Shown piece after piece: positions 28,781 to 38,718 of a stretch of 44,471 nt of DNA (positions are counted from its first letter, which is position 1; every line of letters begins with the position of its first letter). The position numbers were made by a program, and so were the translations under genes. The notes under the pieces were generated by a model, which did no database searches, was not told where the DNA came from, and was given only the letters and a program-made list of their open reading frames with translations. Origin of the DNA: Methanobacteriaceae archaeon (lineage in GTDB: Archaea > Methanobacteriota > Methanobacteria > Methanobacteriales > Methanobacteriaceae); assembly GCA_003558085.1 (NCBI GenBank), contig PWMT01000027.1:1-44471 (forward strand), written 5' to 3'.

Positions 28781-30163
28781 TTAATCACCATTTACCACTG
28801 GATAATCAGCATTTAACCAAGCATTCATACTTCCTAAAACACTGCTTAAATTAGTATAACCATTCTGTTTAAGTATACTGCAGGCAGTAGTGGATTTATG
28901 TCCTGAATCACAGTAAACCACTACTTTTTTATCTTGAGGCACTTCTTTAATTCTTTCAGGAATATCTCCCACCCAAATATGGTGGGCTCCTGCAATACGC
29001 CTCTTTTTATAGTCATTAAATTTACGCACATCTAATAAGAATACGTCTTCTTTTCTATCTAAAACTTTTTTTAGTTGATGAACAGACCACATATCCAGCT
29101 TACCTACTTCTTGACCAGCTAAATACCATTTAGGAAAACCACCTCCCAGATAACCATAAATATTATCATAAGCTAGTCGTATTAACTGACGGAGCATAGG
29201 ATCTAACTGGCCTTCATTATCATTCACCAGGATGATAGGGTCTTCGTAATTAACAAAATAGCCTACAAAACCAGATAAACCTTCTCTCCATATATTTAAG
29301 CTGTGGGGAATATGCCCTCCACCAAAACTGGTTGGTTTACGAATATCAATAATTTGTGCATCCTTATTCATCATTTCCTTAATTTGAGGATATTTTAAAG
29401 GTCTTAAGTAAGGCAGTACACCTAGAACTTCTGCACCTTTCTGATTGTTTTCTTCCATCTTCTTAAAGTAAGGAGGGGTATAAAGTTTTTCCCTTAATTT
29501 AAATTTTATGAATTGTTCTTTGTTCATTCTAAGAACTGGATTAGTTTTCTGCTCATATCCTATAGTGCTGAGATCATGGTCTCGAATATCCGCTCCACAT
29601 ACTGAACCAGCGCCATGGGCAGGGCAGATGATTACATTATCCCCTAGTGGTAATATTTTTTCTTGTATGCTTTCATATAATAATTGAGCCATCCAAGATA
29701 CTTGTGATTCTCCCAGCAAATCACATCTTCCTAACTCACCAGCAAAGATTAAATCACCAGTAAATATTAGGTAGGGATCTTCTGATACACTTTTATCTCG
29801 AAGTAAAATAGATATACTTTCAGGAGTATGGCCCGGTGTTTCTAGAACTTCTAATTCCAAAGAACCTAGTTCAAATTTATCTCCATCAAAAACTTCCATC
29901 CCATACTCAAATTCCAATTTAGAACCATGATAAATAAGTGCCCCGGTTATATCTTCCAGTTCCCGGGAACCAATGGTATAATCCTCATTGCGGTGAGTTT
30001 CAAACACATATTTTATCTCTAGATCATGGTCCTGGGCTAAATCCAAATAGACGTCTACGTCTCTTCGAGGATCTACAACTACGCCTTCACCACCATCACC
30101 TATTAAATAAGAATGATGGGCTATACCTTCTGATTTAATCAATTCCAGTATCAAGGTTAACAT
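28781..30163 (-). CDS. MBL-fold hydrolase fused to two rhodanese domains (persulfide dioxygenase-like)
   Basis: SYLI, VVDPRRD, TPGHTPES, FTGD, PAHGAGS, GHIPHS and the C-terminal active-loop YCDSGHKS. Confidence 0.9.
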   Translation of the reverse strand: MLTLILELIKSEGIAHHSYLIGDGGEGVVVDPRRDVDVYLDLAQDHDLEIKYVFETHRNEDYTIGSRELEDITGALIYHGSKLEFEYGMEVFDGDKFELGSLELEVLETPGHTPESISILLRDKSVSEDPYLIFTGDLIFAGELGRCDLLGESQVSWMAQLLYESIQEKILPLGDNVIICPAHGAGSVCGADIRDHDLSTIGYEQKTNPVLRMNKEQFIKFKLREKLYTPPYFKKMEENNQKGAEVLGVLPYLRPLKYPQIKEMMNKDAQIIDIRKPTSFGGGHIPHSLNIWREGLSGFVGYFVNYEDPIILVNDNEGQLDPMLRQLIRLAYDNIYGYLGGGFPKWYLAGQEVGKLDMWSVHQLKKVLDRKEDVFLLDVRKFNDYKKRRIAGAHHIWVGDIPERIKEVPQDKKVVVYCDSGHKSTTACSILKQNGYTNLSSVLGSMNAWLNADYPVVNGD

Positions 30164-30514
30164 CTCCCGGTTTTCAATCTCCGGCTAATAACCACTATCA
30201 TTAATTATGTTGGAGCTCTTAATTAATTTTTATTATAAGGTTTAGTTGCAGATTATCTTATCTAAAATCAGCATGATAATCGATATAATAGCAGAATTTA
30301 TAAAAAAAATAGTTGGAAAATATTTTAAATTGGTTTCTTAAGAGAAAACCTTATTTAATTAAATTAATTATCTATATAAGTATAGTTATACTATAAGATT
30401 ATAATTAAGATGAAGCTAATGTTATTTACTGTGTATTTATCCTTTTTAATTATCTTACTTTAACACTACAACTGTTTTAGTTCAGGAAACTATTATTATG
30501 CAGGTGAACGTTAA

Positions 30515-31459
30515 ATGGAATATATTATTGAAAGTTGGGATATTAGTAAAAAATTTGGTGATTTTACTGCAGTCAACTCAGTAAACCTCAAAGTACCCCG
30601 TAATAGTGTATATGGGGTGCTGGGACCTAATGGGGCTGGTAAAACCACTTTAATATCTATGTTATGTACAATACTCAAACCTACTTCTGGTAGAGCTGAA
30701 GTAAACGGCTATGATATTGTAAAAAATGCTAAAGAAGTTCGTGCTTCCATTGGAATTGTATTCCAATCTAGGGCTTTGGATGATATATTAACTGGAAGAG
30801 AGCATTTAGAGATGCATGCCGCCTTATACGGCGTTCCGATGGATTTACGCAATGAGAGAATTGAAGAGGTGCTTGATCTGATTGCTCTAGGGGATAAAGC
30901 AGATGAATTCATTAAAACTTACTCTGGTGGTATGAAAAGAAGATTAGAGATAGGAAGGGGTTTAATCCATCGCCCTAAAGTATTATTTTTAGATGAACCC
31001 ACACTGGGATTGGATCCTCAGACTAGGGAAAATATCTGGCAATATATACGTAAATTAAACCAGACAGAGGATATCACCGTACTTTTAACCACACATTATA
31101 TGGATGAAGCTGATAAATTATGTGATGAGGTAGCCATCATTAATCAAGGACAGATTATTCGGGCTGATTCTCCTCAAAATCTCAAAAGAGAACTTAAAGC
31201 AGATACTTTAACTCTTACCTTAGACGGTGGAGAAACTTTTGTGGAAGAGATTAAGAAAAAAGAATATGTTAAGGAAGCTTATAGTTTAGATGGTGAAATA
31301 AAACTTATGGTGGAGAGAGGTGAAAACCTGATACCTGATGTGGTGAACTTTGCCACATCCCAGGGATATGTGATTAACTCCATCGAATTGGAGCATCCTA
31401 ATTTAGAGGATGTATTTATTAAATATACAGGTTGTAAAATTAGTGAAGAAGGTAAATGA
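30515..31459 (+). CDS. ABC transporter ATP-binding protein (DrrA-like)
   Basis: GPNGAGKT, YSGGMKRR, LFLDEPT and TTHY motifs; C-terminal LEDVF. Confidence 0.95.
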   Translation: MEYIIESWDISKKFGDFTAVNSVNLKVPRNSVYGVLGPNGAGKTTLISMLCTILKPTSGRAEVNGYDIVKNAKEVRASIGIVFQSRALDDILTGREHLEMHAALYGVPMDLRNERIEEVLDLIALGDKADEFIKTYSGGMKRRLEIGRGLIHRPKVLFLDEPTLGLDPQTRENIWQYIRKLNQTEDITVLLTTHYMDEADKLCDEVAIINQGQIIRADSPQNLKRELKADTLTLTLDGGETFVEEIKKKEYVKEAYSLDGEIKLMVERGENLIPDVVNFATSQGYVINSIELEHPNLEDVFIKYTGCKISEEGK

Positions 31460-31506
31460 TAAAAATTTTTCATCTTTAATAAAATTAAGTTATTTGGAGC
31501 ATAATT

Positions 31507-32271
31507 ATGGCAGAATTAGAAGGAATCTACACTATTTGGCTGAGAGAAACTAAAAGATACATCCGTTACCGTTCAAGAATCATCACCTCAGTAGTATCCC
31601 CCATGTTATGGTTAATCATATTTGGAACTGGATTAGGGGCAGCTATTCGCTTTGGAGATATAGAAGGAGGATATCAGATATTTATTTATCCAGGTATTAT
31701 CGGACAAACCATACTCTTTACTTCTATTTTCTCAGGGGTTTCAGTGATTATTGATCGACAATACGGGTTTTTGAAGGAAATACTGGTCGCTCCATTATCC
31801 CGTCCTTCTATCGTACTAGGTAAGTCTCTGGGTATCAGTACCCATGCCCTCATCCAGGGTGTTATCTTACTAATACTTTCCTTTGTGGTGGGGGTTAGTA
31901 TGACTCCTATGATTTTCCTGGCCAGTGTATTTATCATAGTTCTCATTTCTTCTGGTCTGGCTGGTGTGGGACTTACTATTGCCTCTTTTACTGATAGTAT
32001 GGAAGGATTTAATCTGATCATGAGTTTTATAGTATTGCCCATGTTTTTACTAAGCGGGGCTTTGTTCCCAATTACCGGACTCCCCACCTGGCTGCAGGCA
32101 GCAGTTTATGTAAATCCACTGACTTATGGAGTGGATGCTTTAAGGTATATTATTTTAGGGGAAGCTGTACTTCCTTTAGGGATAAACATACTGGTATTAA
32201 TCATCTTCGCCATAATAACCATATCAGTTTCTGCTATACTCTTCAGTAAAAAGGAGCAGAGCTTAATGTAA
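31507..32271 (+). CDS. ABC-2 type permease (DrrB-like)
   Basis: Six TM helices, DRQYGFLKEILVAP and LSGALFP...NPLTYGVDALR motifs. Confidence 0.93.
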   Translation: MAELEGIYTIWLRETKRYIRYRSRIITSVVSPMLWLIIFGTGLGAAIRFGDIEGGYQIFIYPGIIGQTILFTSIFSGVSVIIDRQYGFLKEILVAPLSRPSIVLGKSLGISTHALIQGVILLILSFVVGVSMTPMIFLASVFIIVLISSGLAGVGLTIASFTDSMEGFNLIMSFIVLPMFLLSGALFPITGLPTWLQAAVYVNPLTYGVDALRYIILGEAVLPLGINILVLIIFAIITISVSAILFSKKEQSLM

Positions 32272-32548
32272 TTTAATTATAGTCTATTCCCTTCATTATA
32301 AAAAAAATAAGCCTATAAGTTTTAGCCTATAATTTATACCTTATATTAGTTTAGATTAGAGAGTTTAGATATTAATTAGTATATGTAGGTCTTTTTAGAT
32401 TAATAAGAGTAGTTAGATTATAAGAAGAGAATAAGCTATCATTCTTTTTCGTATTCAGAGTGCATTTTAAATATTTAGATCAGAGAGAATTTTTCAGATA
32501 AAAGCAAAAATTTAATAGACCATTATCCTAATATAATTAGTGGTCAGT

Positions 32549-33205
32549 ATGAGTTTCTGTAAGTATTGTGGTAGTAAAAATGAGGAAGATGCTCAATATT
32601 GTGAAAAATGTGGTAAAAACTTAATTGATCAGGACAAACCCAAAATTCAACCACTTGGCGAGCCTAAAAAACCTCTTAGACCTCAAAATGGTGTGGATAC
32701 AAGTATCGATAAAAAGCCTTCTACAGTGATTTTAGTTTTAGGTTATCTACTGGCCTTTTTAGGAGGAATTTTTGGTATTGCTATGGGCACCTATCTTTTT
32801 ACTAGAAAAAATTCTGATGCTAAATTTCATGGCCGAAATATGATTATCATTGCAGTTATACTTATTCTTATAGGACTGGCCTCTAGTGCTTTTCTATTAA
32901 GTAATTTTGATACATCTCCCTCCCTTTCAGATCCCTTAGAAGTCACGATCTTAGATGAGTATAGAGATGGTACTGGATTTTTTATTATTGAAGGTGAAGT
33001 ACAAAACTTCGGTAATAATGATTTAACTTCCGTAAATATTAAAACTACAGGTTATGATCGCAGTGAGAATATAGTTGCAGTTAATGAGGTATATTCTACT
33101 CCTTCTGATATGCCTGCAGGAGGAAGAGCACAATTTACAGTGAAGCTGGATGATACAGATAATGCAATTGTAAGATATACATTGATAGCTACCGGCAACA
33201 CTTAA
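32549..33205 (+). CDS. Zinc-ribbon / 2TM / FxLYD-like domain membrane protein
   Basis: FCKYCG...YCEKCG, two TM helices, and IEGEVQN...GYDRSENIV...AGGRAQF. Confidence 0.8.
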   Translation: MSFCKYCGSKNEEDAQYCEKCGKNLIDQDKPKIQPLGEPKKPLRPQNGVDTSIDKKPSTVILVLGYLLAFLGGIFGIAMGTYLFTRKNSDAKFHGRNMIIIAVILILIGLASSAFLLSNFDTSPSLSDPLEVTILDEYRDGTGFFIIEGEVQNFGNNDLTSVNIKTTGYDRSENIVAVNEVYSTPSDMPAGGRAQFTVKLDDTDNAIVRYTLIATGNT

Positions 33206-33321
33206 TTAGACTATTAAACTATTTTTAAAATTTTTTAGTTTGGTTTAACCATATTATTTATTAAATAGCTAATAAACACCTATAATCAAGAGCTACTTAT
33301 CAAGAACTTAATATTTTTGAG

Positions 33322-33792
33322 TTGACCTATATGCAGAAAAATAAGATTATTATCCTCACTCTACTTATTACTAGTCTATTAGTTATAGGATCGATCCATA
33401 CTTTCAGTTCTAATTATAGCCAGGGAGGGGAAAATAATTACATTCCTCCTGTAGAGGAGTATGTTATTTTATATTCAATTCATGAGGATTTTAGCGAAGA
33501 AAATGCTATAAACAGTATTAAACCTTGTGAAGATAGTGCTGATTTGGGTTTTAAGATTATAGATCAAGGCACTACAAGTATTGCTGGTGCCAAAGTATAT
33601 TATACCATATTTATTGATGAATATAATTCCAATACTTTTAATGGGGAATTATTTTATCAGAAAAATGATGATTGGTATTTTATTCAATGGAAAGATCAGC
33701 CAGGAAATCCCAATAAGGATGTTATTGACCAAGAAGTGGAAAATATTATTCGAAAAGATATAAACCTGGTGCATACTTGTTGTGGAAATTAA
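33322..33792 (+). CDS. Hypothetical exported protein
   Basis: N-terminal signal/TM segment and a small alpha/beta domain. ATG at 33331 is the likely start. Confidence 0.65.
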   Translation: MTYMQKNKIIILTLLITSLLVIGSIHTFSSNYSQGGENNYIPPVEEYVILYSIHEDFSEENAINSIKPCEDSADLGFKIIDQGTTSIAGAKVYYTIFIDEYNSNTFNGELFYQKNDDWYFIQWKDQPGNPNKDVIDQEVENIIRKDINLVHTCCGN

Positions 33793-34067
33793 CATCTTAG
33801 AAATATTAAACTGAATTTATAGTTCCTAGATATCTTTATTTATGTTATCATTTAACTCTATTCGTATTAAATCATATCATGTTTAAGTTTAAAGCAGTTT
33901 AAAAGGAAAAAAACTCTTTAAAACAAGATCGTACTGATTTTAGTAAAAATAAAATAGCATTTTTGCGGGGAGTAAGCACTAAGGTTTCAAAAGAAAATCC
34001 TATATTAAAGTATTCAGATAATATAAGCTAGTTGGTGGTTTTAATGTTACAAACGAGTGAATCTACA

Positions 34068-34214
34068 ATGCGAAAATATTGGCCCTTAGGATTATTAGGT
34101 CTATTAGGGATTAGGGGAATAGTAGGAATTATAGAAGGAAATATCTGGGAAGCGATATGGATTGTTTGGTTTTCATGGTTTGCGTGGTTTTATTTCAGCC
34201 CTTTAAGAAAGTAA
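34068..34214 (+). CDS. Small Trp-rich 2TM membrane protein
   Basis: MRKYWPLGLLGLLG...WIVWFSWFAWF with SD-like GAGTGA. Alternative start at 34044. Confidence 0.6.
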   Translation: MRKYWPLGLLGLLGIRGIVGIIEGNIWEAIWIVWFSWFAWFYFSPLRK

Positions 34215-34514
34215 ATATTAATTAATTATAATTTACATTAAAACTATTATTAAAGGGATTACTAAAAGCCTACAAGAATTCCTACCATTATATTAAAGAT
34301 AGCAAAATTATCATCATATTTTCCTTATAATCTCTTTTTATCTCAATTCATTTTTAATTACAAACTTATTTTCAACTTATGCTATTACTAAGACTTCTAC
34401 CATAGCAAGTATTCTAACTTCAATTTAATTCCTCTATCCTACCAAGTTTAGAATGATAAGATACAAAGTAGGCTGACTAGACTCATAATAAAAGAGTCTG
34501 AACTAAATATTTAA

Positions 34515-37262
34515 CTAATTTATCCAGGGTAAGGATGAAGTTTTATTACGGTGACTAGTGAAACGTTTGAAACTCTCTCCTATTATAAGTAGCAATATTC
34601 CAGGGAGTAGACATATACCCCATTGATAGGCATTGAGTGGTACTGTGCCAAAAAGTTCATGGAAAATCCTAGCTTCTGTTATAAGGATTGTACTGAGTAT
34701 AATCCAAAAGTAGGCATAAAGAAGTCGATGATTTGAAAAGGTGGCACTATGAAATGCAGTTTCGCTAGGTAAACGCAGGTTCAAAGCTAGGAATATATTC
34801 ATCAAAGATAATGAGACCAGCCCCATAGTCTGACCCAGTTGCATGGACCCGAAAGTCGTTTGACCTATATGAAAAATATACAGGGTTGAGGCTGCCATGA
34901 ATACACCGGAGATGAACAATCGTATATACATTCCTTTTGAAATGATTTCTTCATCATATTTTCTAGGTTTGCGTTTCATGATTCCAGGTGATGCCATATC
35001 AAGTCCGAACATCGCCCCAATAGGTGCAACCACAAGCATATGAATCCATAAAACTTGTCCAGGAGAAAAAAGAGCTGCTCCTGCTATGTTAAATATTGAA
35101 GATCCTAAAAATGCCAGAATGAACATAAAGAGATTTGCAATTTGTATCCGGAGGAATTTTTGCAGGTTATCATAGATCTTGCGTCCTTCCTCGATGGCAG
35201 CCACTATGCTTGCTAATTTATCATCTACCAGGATCATCTTAGCAGCCCCTTTGGCTACATCAGTACCGGTAATACCCATGGCAATACCGATATCGGCTGC
35301 TTTGATAGAGGGAGCATCATTTACACCATCACCAGTCATGGCCACTATATTGCCCTTATTTTTAAGTACCTGTACCAGTCGTACCTTATGTTCTGGTGCG
35401 ACCCGAGCAAGAACTCCAATCTCATCGATTACATTTCCTGCTTCTTCATCGCTAAGCGCTGCAAATTCATCACCAGTAATAGTATTTCCTTCAATACCTA
35501 ATTCCTGACTAATTGCCTCAGCGGTGACAGCATGGTCACCAGTAATCATCCTTACCCGGACACCAGCCTGCTTTGCTTTTAGAATAGCATCTTTAGCTTC
35601 TGGACGTGGAGGATCAACTTCACCAATAAGCGCAGTTATGATGAGATTCTGCATAAGCGGCATGAGATCAGCCTGGGGGTTAAAGGAATCCAAATCAAAA
35701 TCTTTCTGTGCAAAAGCCAGAACACGCAACCCTTTTTTTGCTATATGCTCATTCTCCCCCTCCACCTTCTTACGGTCATCCTTACTTAATTTTTGGATTG
35801 ATTTATCAGGCATCAGTCCATAAGCGGATCTTCCCAGGATTACATCAGGAGCACCCTTTATGTAGGCCCGGATTATTGGTTCACCTGAGGAGGTTTTCAT
35901 AGAATGGAAAGTGGCCATGAATTTATAATCAGAATCAAAGGGAATGCTTGCAATCCGGGGGTTATTCTTGCGGAATTCCTGAACATTCAAGCCGCCTTTT
36001 TTAGCAAGTACATAGAGGGCAGCCTCAGTAGGATCCCCTATCACCTCTCCGTCTCTAATATCAGTATCAATACAGAGAGCGCATGGAAAGAGAACATGAT
36101 CAAGATTTTCTTCTGGATCTCCTTCAGTTCTCTCAATATTTCCCTCAAAACTATATCCCTCCCCGGATACAGTATATCGTCGTTTTGCAGTGGCTATGTT
36201 TCGTACAGTCATCTGGTTCATGGTTAATGTCCCTGTTTTATCAGAGTTGATTGCTGAGGTGGAACCCAGAGTTTCTACTGCAGGCATATTCTTGATGATA
36301 GCATTCTTCTTTGCCATTTCTACCATACCCATAGCCAAGATAGTTACTACAACAGCGGGCAAGGCGTCAGGTATTGAACCAATGGCCAAGGATATACCAA
36401 TGTTGAAAAGGATAGTGAAGCTTTCACCTTGAGATAATCCTATTATAACAATAGCTAAAAAAGCTAAAACTGCCATACCTATGATGAAGAGAGTGACCCG
36501 ATCTATTTGACGCATTAGAGGAGTTTTTTCTTCCTTATGCTCCTTAATCATGGTGGCGATATGTCCCACTTCTGATTCCATGCCGGTTTGGGTGACTAGG
36601 ATTTCTCCATGACCACGGGTTACATTAGTATTCATGTAAACTATGTTCAACCTATCTCCGAGGGGTGGATCCTTTATAGTGATCACCTCACTATGTTTAT
36701 CAATGGCCATGCTCTCGCCGGTAAGGGCTGCTTCTTCCACCTGGAGATTTGCAGCGACTACAATCCTTCCATCTGCTGGTACACGATCCCCAGAATCTAA
36801 AATCAGTATATCACCAGGTACTATTTCTTCAGCCTCAATCTGGTCTACTTTACCATCCCTTCGCACTTTAGCAACCACTTTCATCATCTTATTTAGTGCA
36901 GCCACGCTTTTTGAAGCCTTTGCTTCCTGACGAAAGCCCAGATTAGCTATGAAAACTGTTAAAAGGAGTAGGAGAAAAAATGTCCTATATTCTGCAATAA
37001 AGAGACTTACAATTGCTGCTGTGACTAGTACAATTTGCATATAAGACTTGTATTGCTCAAGGAATCTTTTCCAAGCTGGTTTATCTTTTTCCTCTTCAAG
37101 CACATTTTTTCCATACTTTTTTAAGCGCTGAGCAGCTTCTGTTGAACTAAGTCCTTGCTCAATAGATACTTCCAATTTTTCAGCCACTTCTTCCTTACCT
37201 AGTGCATACCAAGCCTCTTTTTTAATTTTTGAGGCTGATGATTGCCATGATGGTTTAGTCAT
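34515..37262 (-). CDS. P2-type cation-transporting ATPase with atypical ion-binding motifs
   Basis: LTGES, SDKTGTLT, KGAP, MITGDH and TGDGVNDAPS motifs; 10 TM helices; SD GAGGAGTG. Confidence 0.93.
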   Translation of the reverse strand: MTKPSWQSSASKIKKEAWYALGKEEVAEKLEVSIEQGLSSTEAAQRLKKYGKNVLEEEKDKPAWKRFLEQYKSYMQIVLVTAAIVSLFIAEYRTFFLLLLLTVFIANLGFRQEAKASKSVAALNKMMKVVAKVRRDGKVDQIEAEEIVPGDILILDSGDRVPADGRIVVAANLQVEEAALTGESMAIDKHSEVITIKDPPLGDRLNIVYMNTNVTRGHGEILVTQTGMESEVGHIATMIKEHKEEKTPLMRQIDRVTLFIIGMAVLAFLAIVIIGLSQGESFTILFNIGISLAIGSIPDALPAVVVTILAMGMVEMAKKNAIIKNMPAVETLGSTSAINSDKTGTLTMNQMTVRNIATAKRRYTVSGEGYSFEGNIERTEGDPEENLDHVLFPCALCIDTDIRDGEVIGDPTEAALYVLAKKGGLNVQEFRKNNPRIASIPFDSDYKFMATFHSMKTSSGEPIIRAYIKGAPDVILGRSAYGLMPDKSIQKLSKDDRKKVEGENEHIAKKGLRVLAFAQKDFDLDSFNPQADLMPLMQNLIITALIGEVDPPRPEAKDAILKAKQAGVRVRMITGDHAVTAEAISQELGIEGNTITGDEFAALSDEEAGNVIDEIGVLARVAPEHKVRLVQVLKNKGNIVAMTGDGVNDAPSIKAADIGIAMGITGTDVAKGAAKMILVDDKLASIVAAIEEGRKIYDNLQKFLRIQIANLFMFILAFLGSSIFNIAGAALFSPGQVLWIHMLVVAPIGAMFGLDMASPGIMKRKPRKYDEEIISKGMYIRLFISGVFMAASTLYIFHIGQTTFGSMQLGQTMGLVSLSLMNIFLALNLRLPSETAFHSATFSNHRLLYAYFWIILSTILITEARIFHELFGTVPLNAYQWGICLLPGILLLIIGESFKRFTSHRNKTSSLPWIN

Positions 37263-38533
37263 TCTTTTCCACTCCTCTAAATATTATTGAGAACATTAGT
37301 CTCATCCCTGAGAAGATTAATTAAACACAATTCCTCTTGCCGATAATATAAATAAAATTTAAATTAGTAGTTATAAAAATATACAAAAAGACCTAATCTC
37401 AGATACAATAACGCTTAAAAATAATCGAGCATCATGGCCAGGTACTTAAGGTCATATAGTATATTTAATAGCTAGATTAATGTTAACACTAATTAATTCA
37501 TACGAACTTATAATATATAAAACATGTTAAAAATTTTTTAAATGATCATATTTTTCAATATTTCTAAAATATTTTATTGCAAGCTCATCATAAAACTAAT
37601 ATTAATTTTAAATTAAATATTCTACTCCACGATTTGAATAATAATATTTTTATAAAATTTTTTAAAAGAAAGTTTTTCAGGATATTCTTATGCTATAGTT
37701 AGAATAAAATTGTTAACTTGATTTTTAAAATAGAATTTTTTATAATCTTATTACTTATTTTTTTTGTTTTAATATTGGATCTAATATTTTCCTCGTCAAT
37801 TAGAATATTCATAAATTTAGTTTTAAAAAAGAAAAGTTGAGAATATTTTTTTAAAAGAGAATTTTTATAGGGTTGTAAATTATTGGCTTTAGGTTTTTAT
37901 GTAAATGATTTTAGAGGGGTGGTCAATTTTTCCCAACTTTGATGTTAGTCTACTATTAATTCTATTTTTTTCATGACTTGATTAAGTTTTTGTAAAATAT
38001 TTTCATTTTTTAGTTATTGGTAATATATTTACTATTGATTTATGTATAATTTATATTCATAAGTGATAATATTATTAATAATATTAGATAATGGAATTTT
38101 TATAATACAGTTTTTTATGGTTATGAAGTCTATTGGAGGTTAAATTGTACAAATTTCAGGGATTTTTATATTTACATATACCCCATATAGTTAAAATTCA
38201 GTAATTTTTCAAATATCATAAAAATATTATACAATCTTCGTTAAACAATTATATAACGAAGATAATCATTTTAGTTTATCTGATCTTTAAATGGCTGTAA
38301 ATAGTTAACTTTCCTGATAGAATAATTTATTTTTCTAAAAGTCCATTGTAATTTAAAATTTAGAGGATCAATGCTTAATATTCGAATTAATCATCCCAAC
38401 TAATAGAAAGGTCATCTGCTTTATTTTCAGCTTTTGATCTCTTCATATAAAAGTCCTATTTAGCAATTTATCTTAAATTATTTATTGGTAGAACAACATA
38501 CTAATTGAGTAGGAAACTTTAATTTTTTTTTTG

Positions 38534-38698
38534 GAGGTTGTAAAGTTAGGGGCTTTGAGGAATATTAGTTCATATCTTGGACTGATATTGTCTTAGCAGA
38601 ATATATTGGATTGTTATTGTCTTTGTTTAAGGAAATAAAGTGATTATCGACTTTAAAATGTTGATGAACATTCCAACACCCATTAACTTTACAGTCCT
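38534..38698. mobile_element. Degenerate MITE-like element or long inverted repeat upstream of catalase
   Basis: Left end GAGGTTGTAAAGTTA and right end TAACTTTACAGTCCT (10-bp perfect core TGTAAAGTTA/TAACTTTACA, imperfect pairing over about 35 nt); no ORF inside. Confidence 0.45.
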
Positions 38699-38718
38699 TT
38701 ATAAATGGGGGGAATTTA

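Noticed and set aside
32340-32480. Recurrent TTAGAT words resembling an array
   Set aside because: Irregular spacing, 6-bp unit and low complexity; not a CRISPR or true tandem repeat.
35179-36930. Series of plus-strand ORFs of 60-110 aa
   Set aside because: All are antisense shadows of the P-type ATPase.
37263-38530. Long AT-rich intergenic region checked for CRISPR, ncRNA or a hidden gene
   Set aside because: No regular repeats, GC-rich stems or credible ORF; only the IS-end-like half-sites reported separately.
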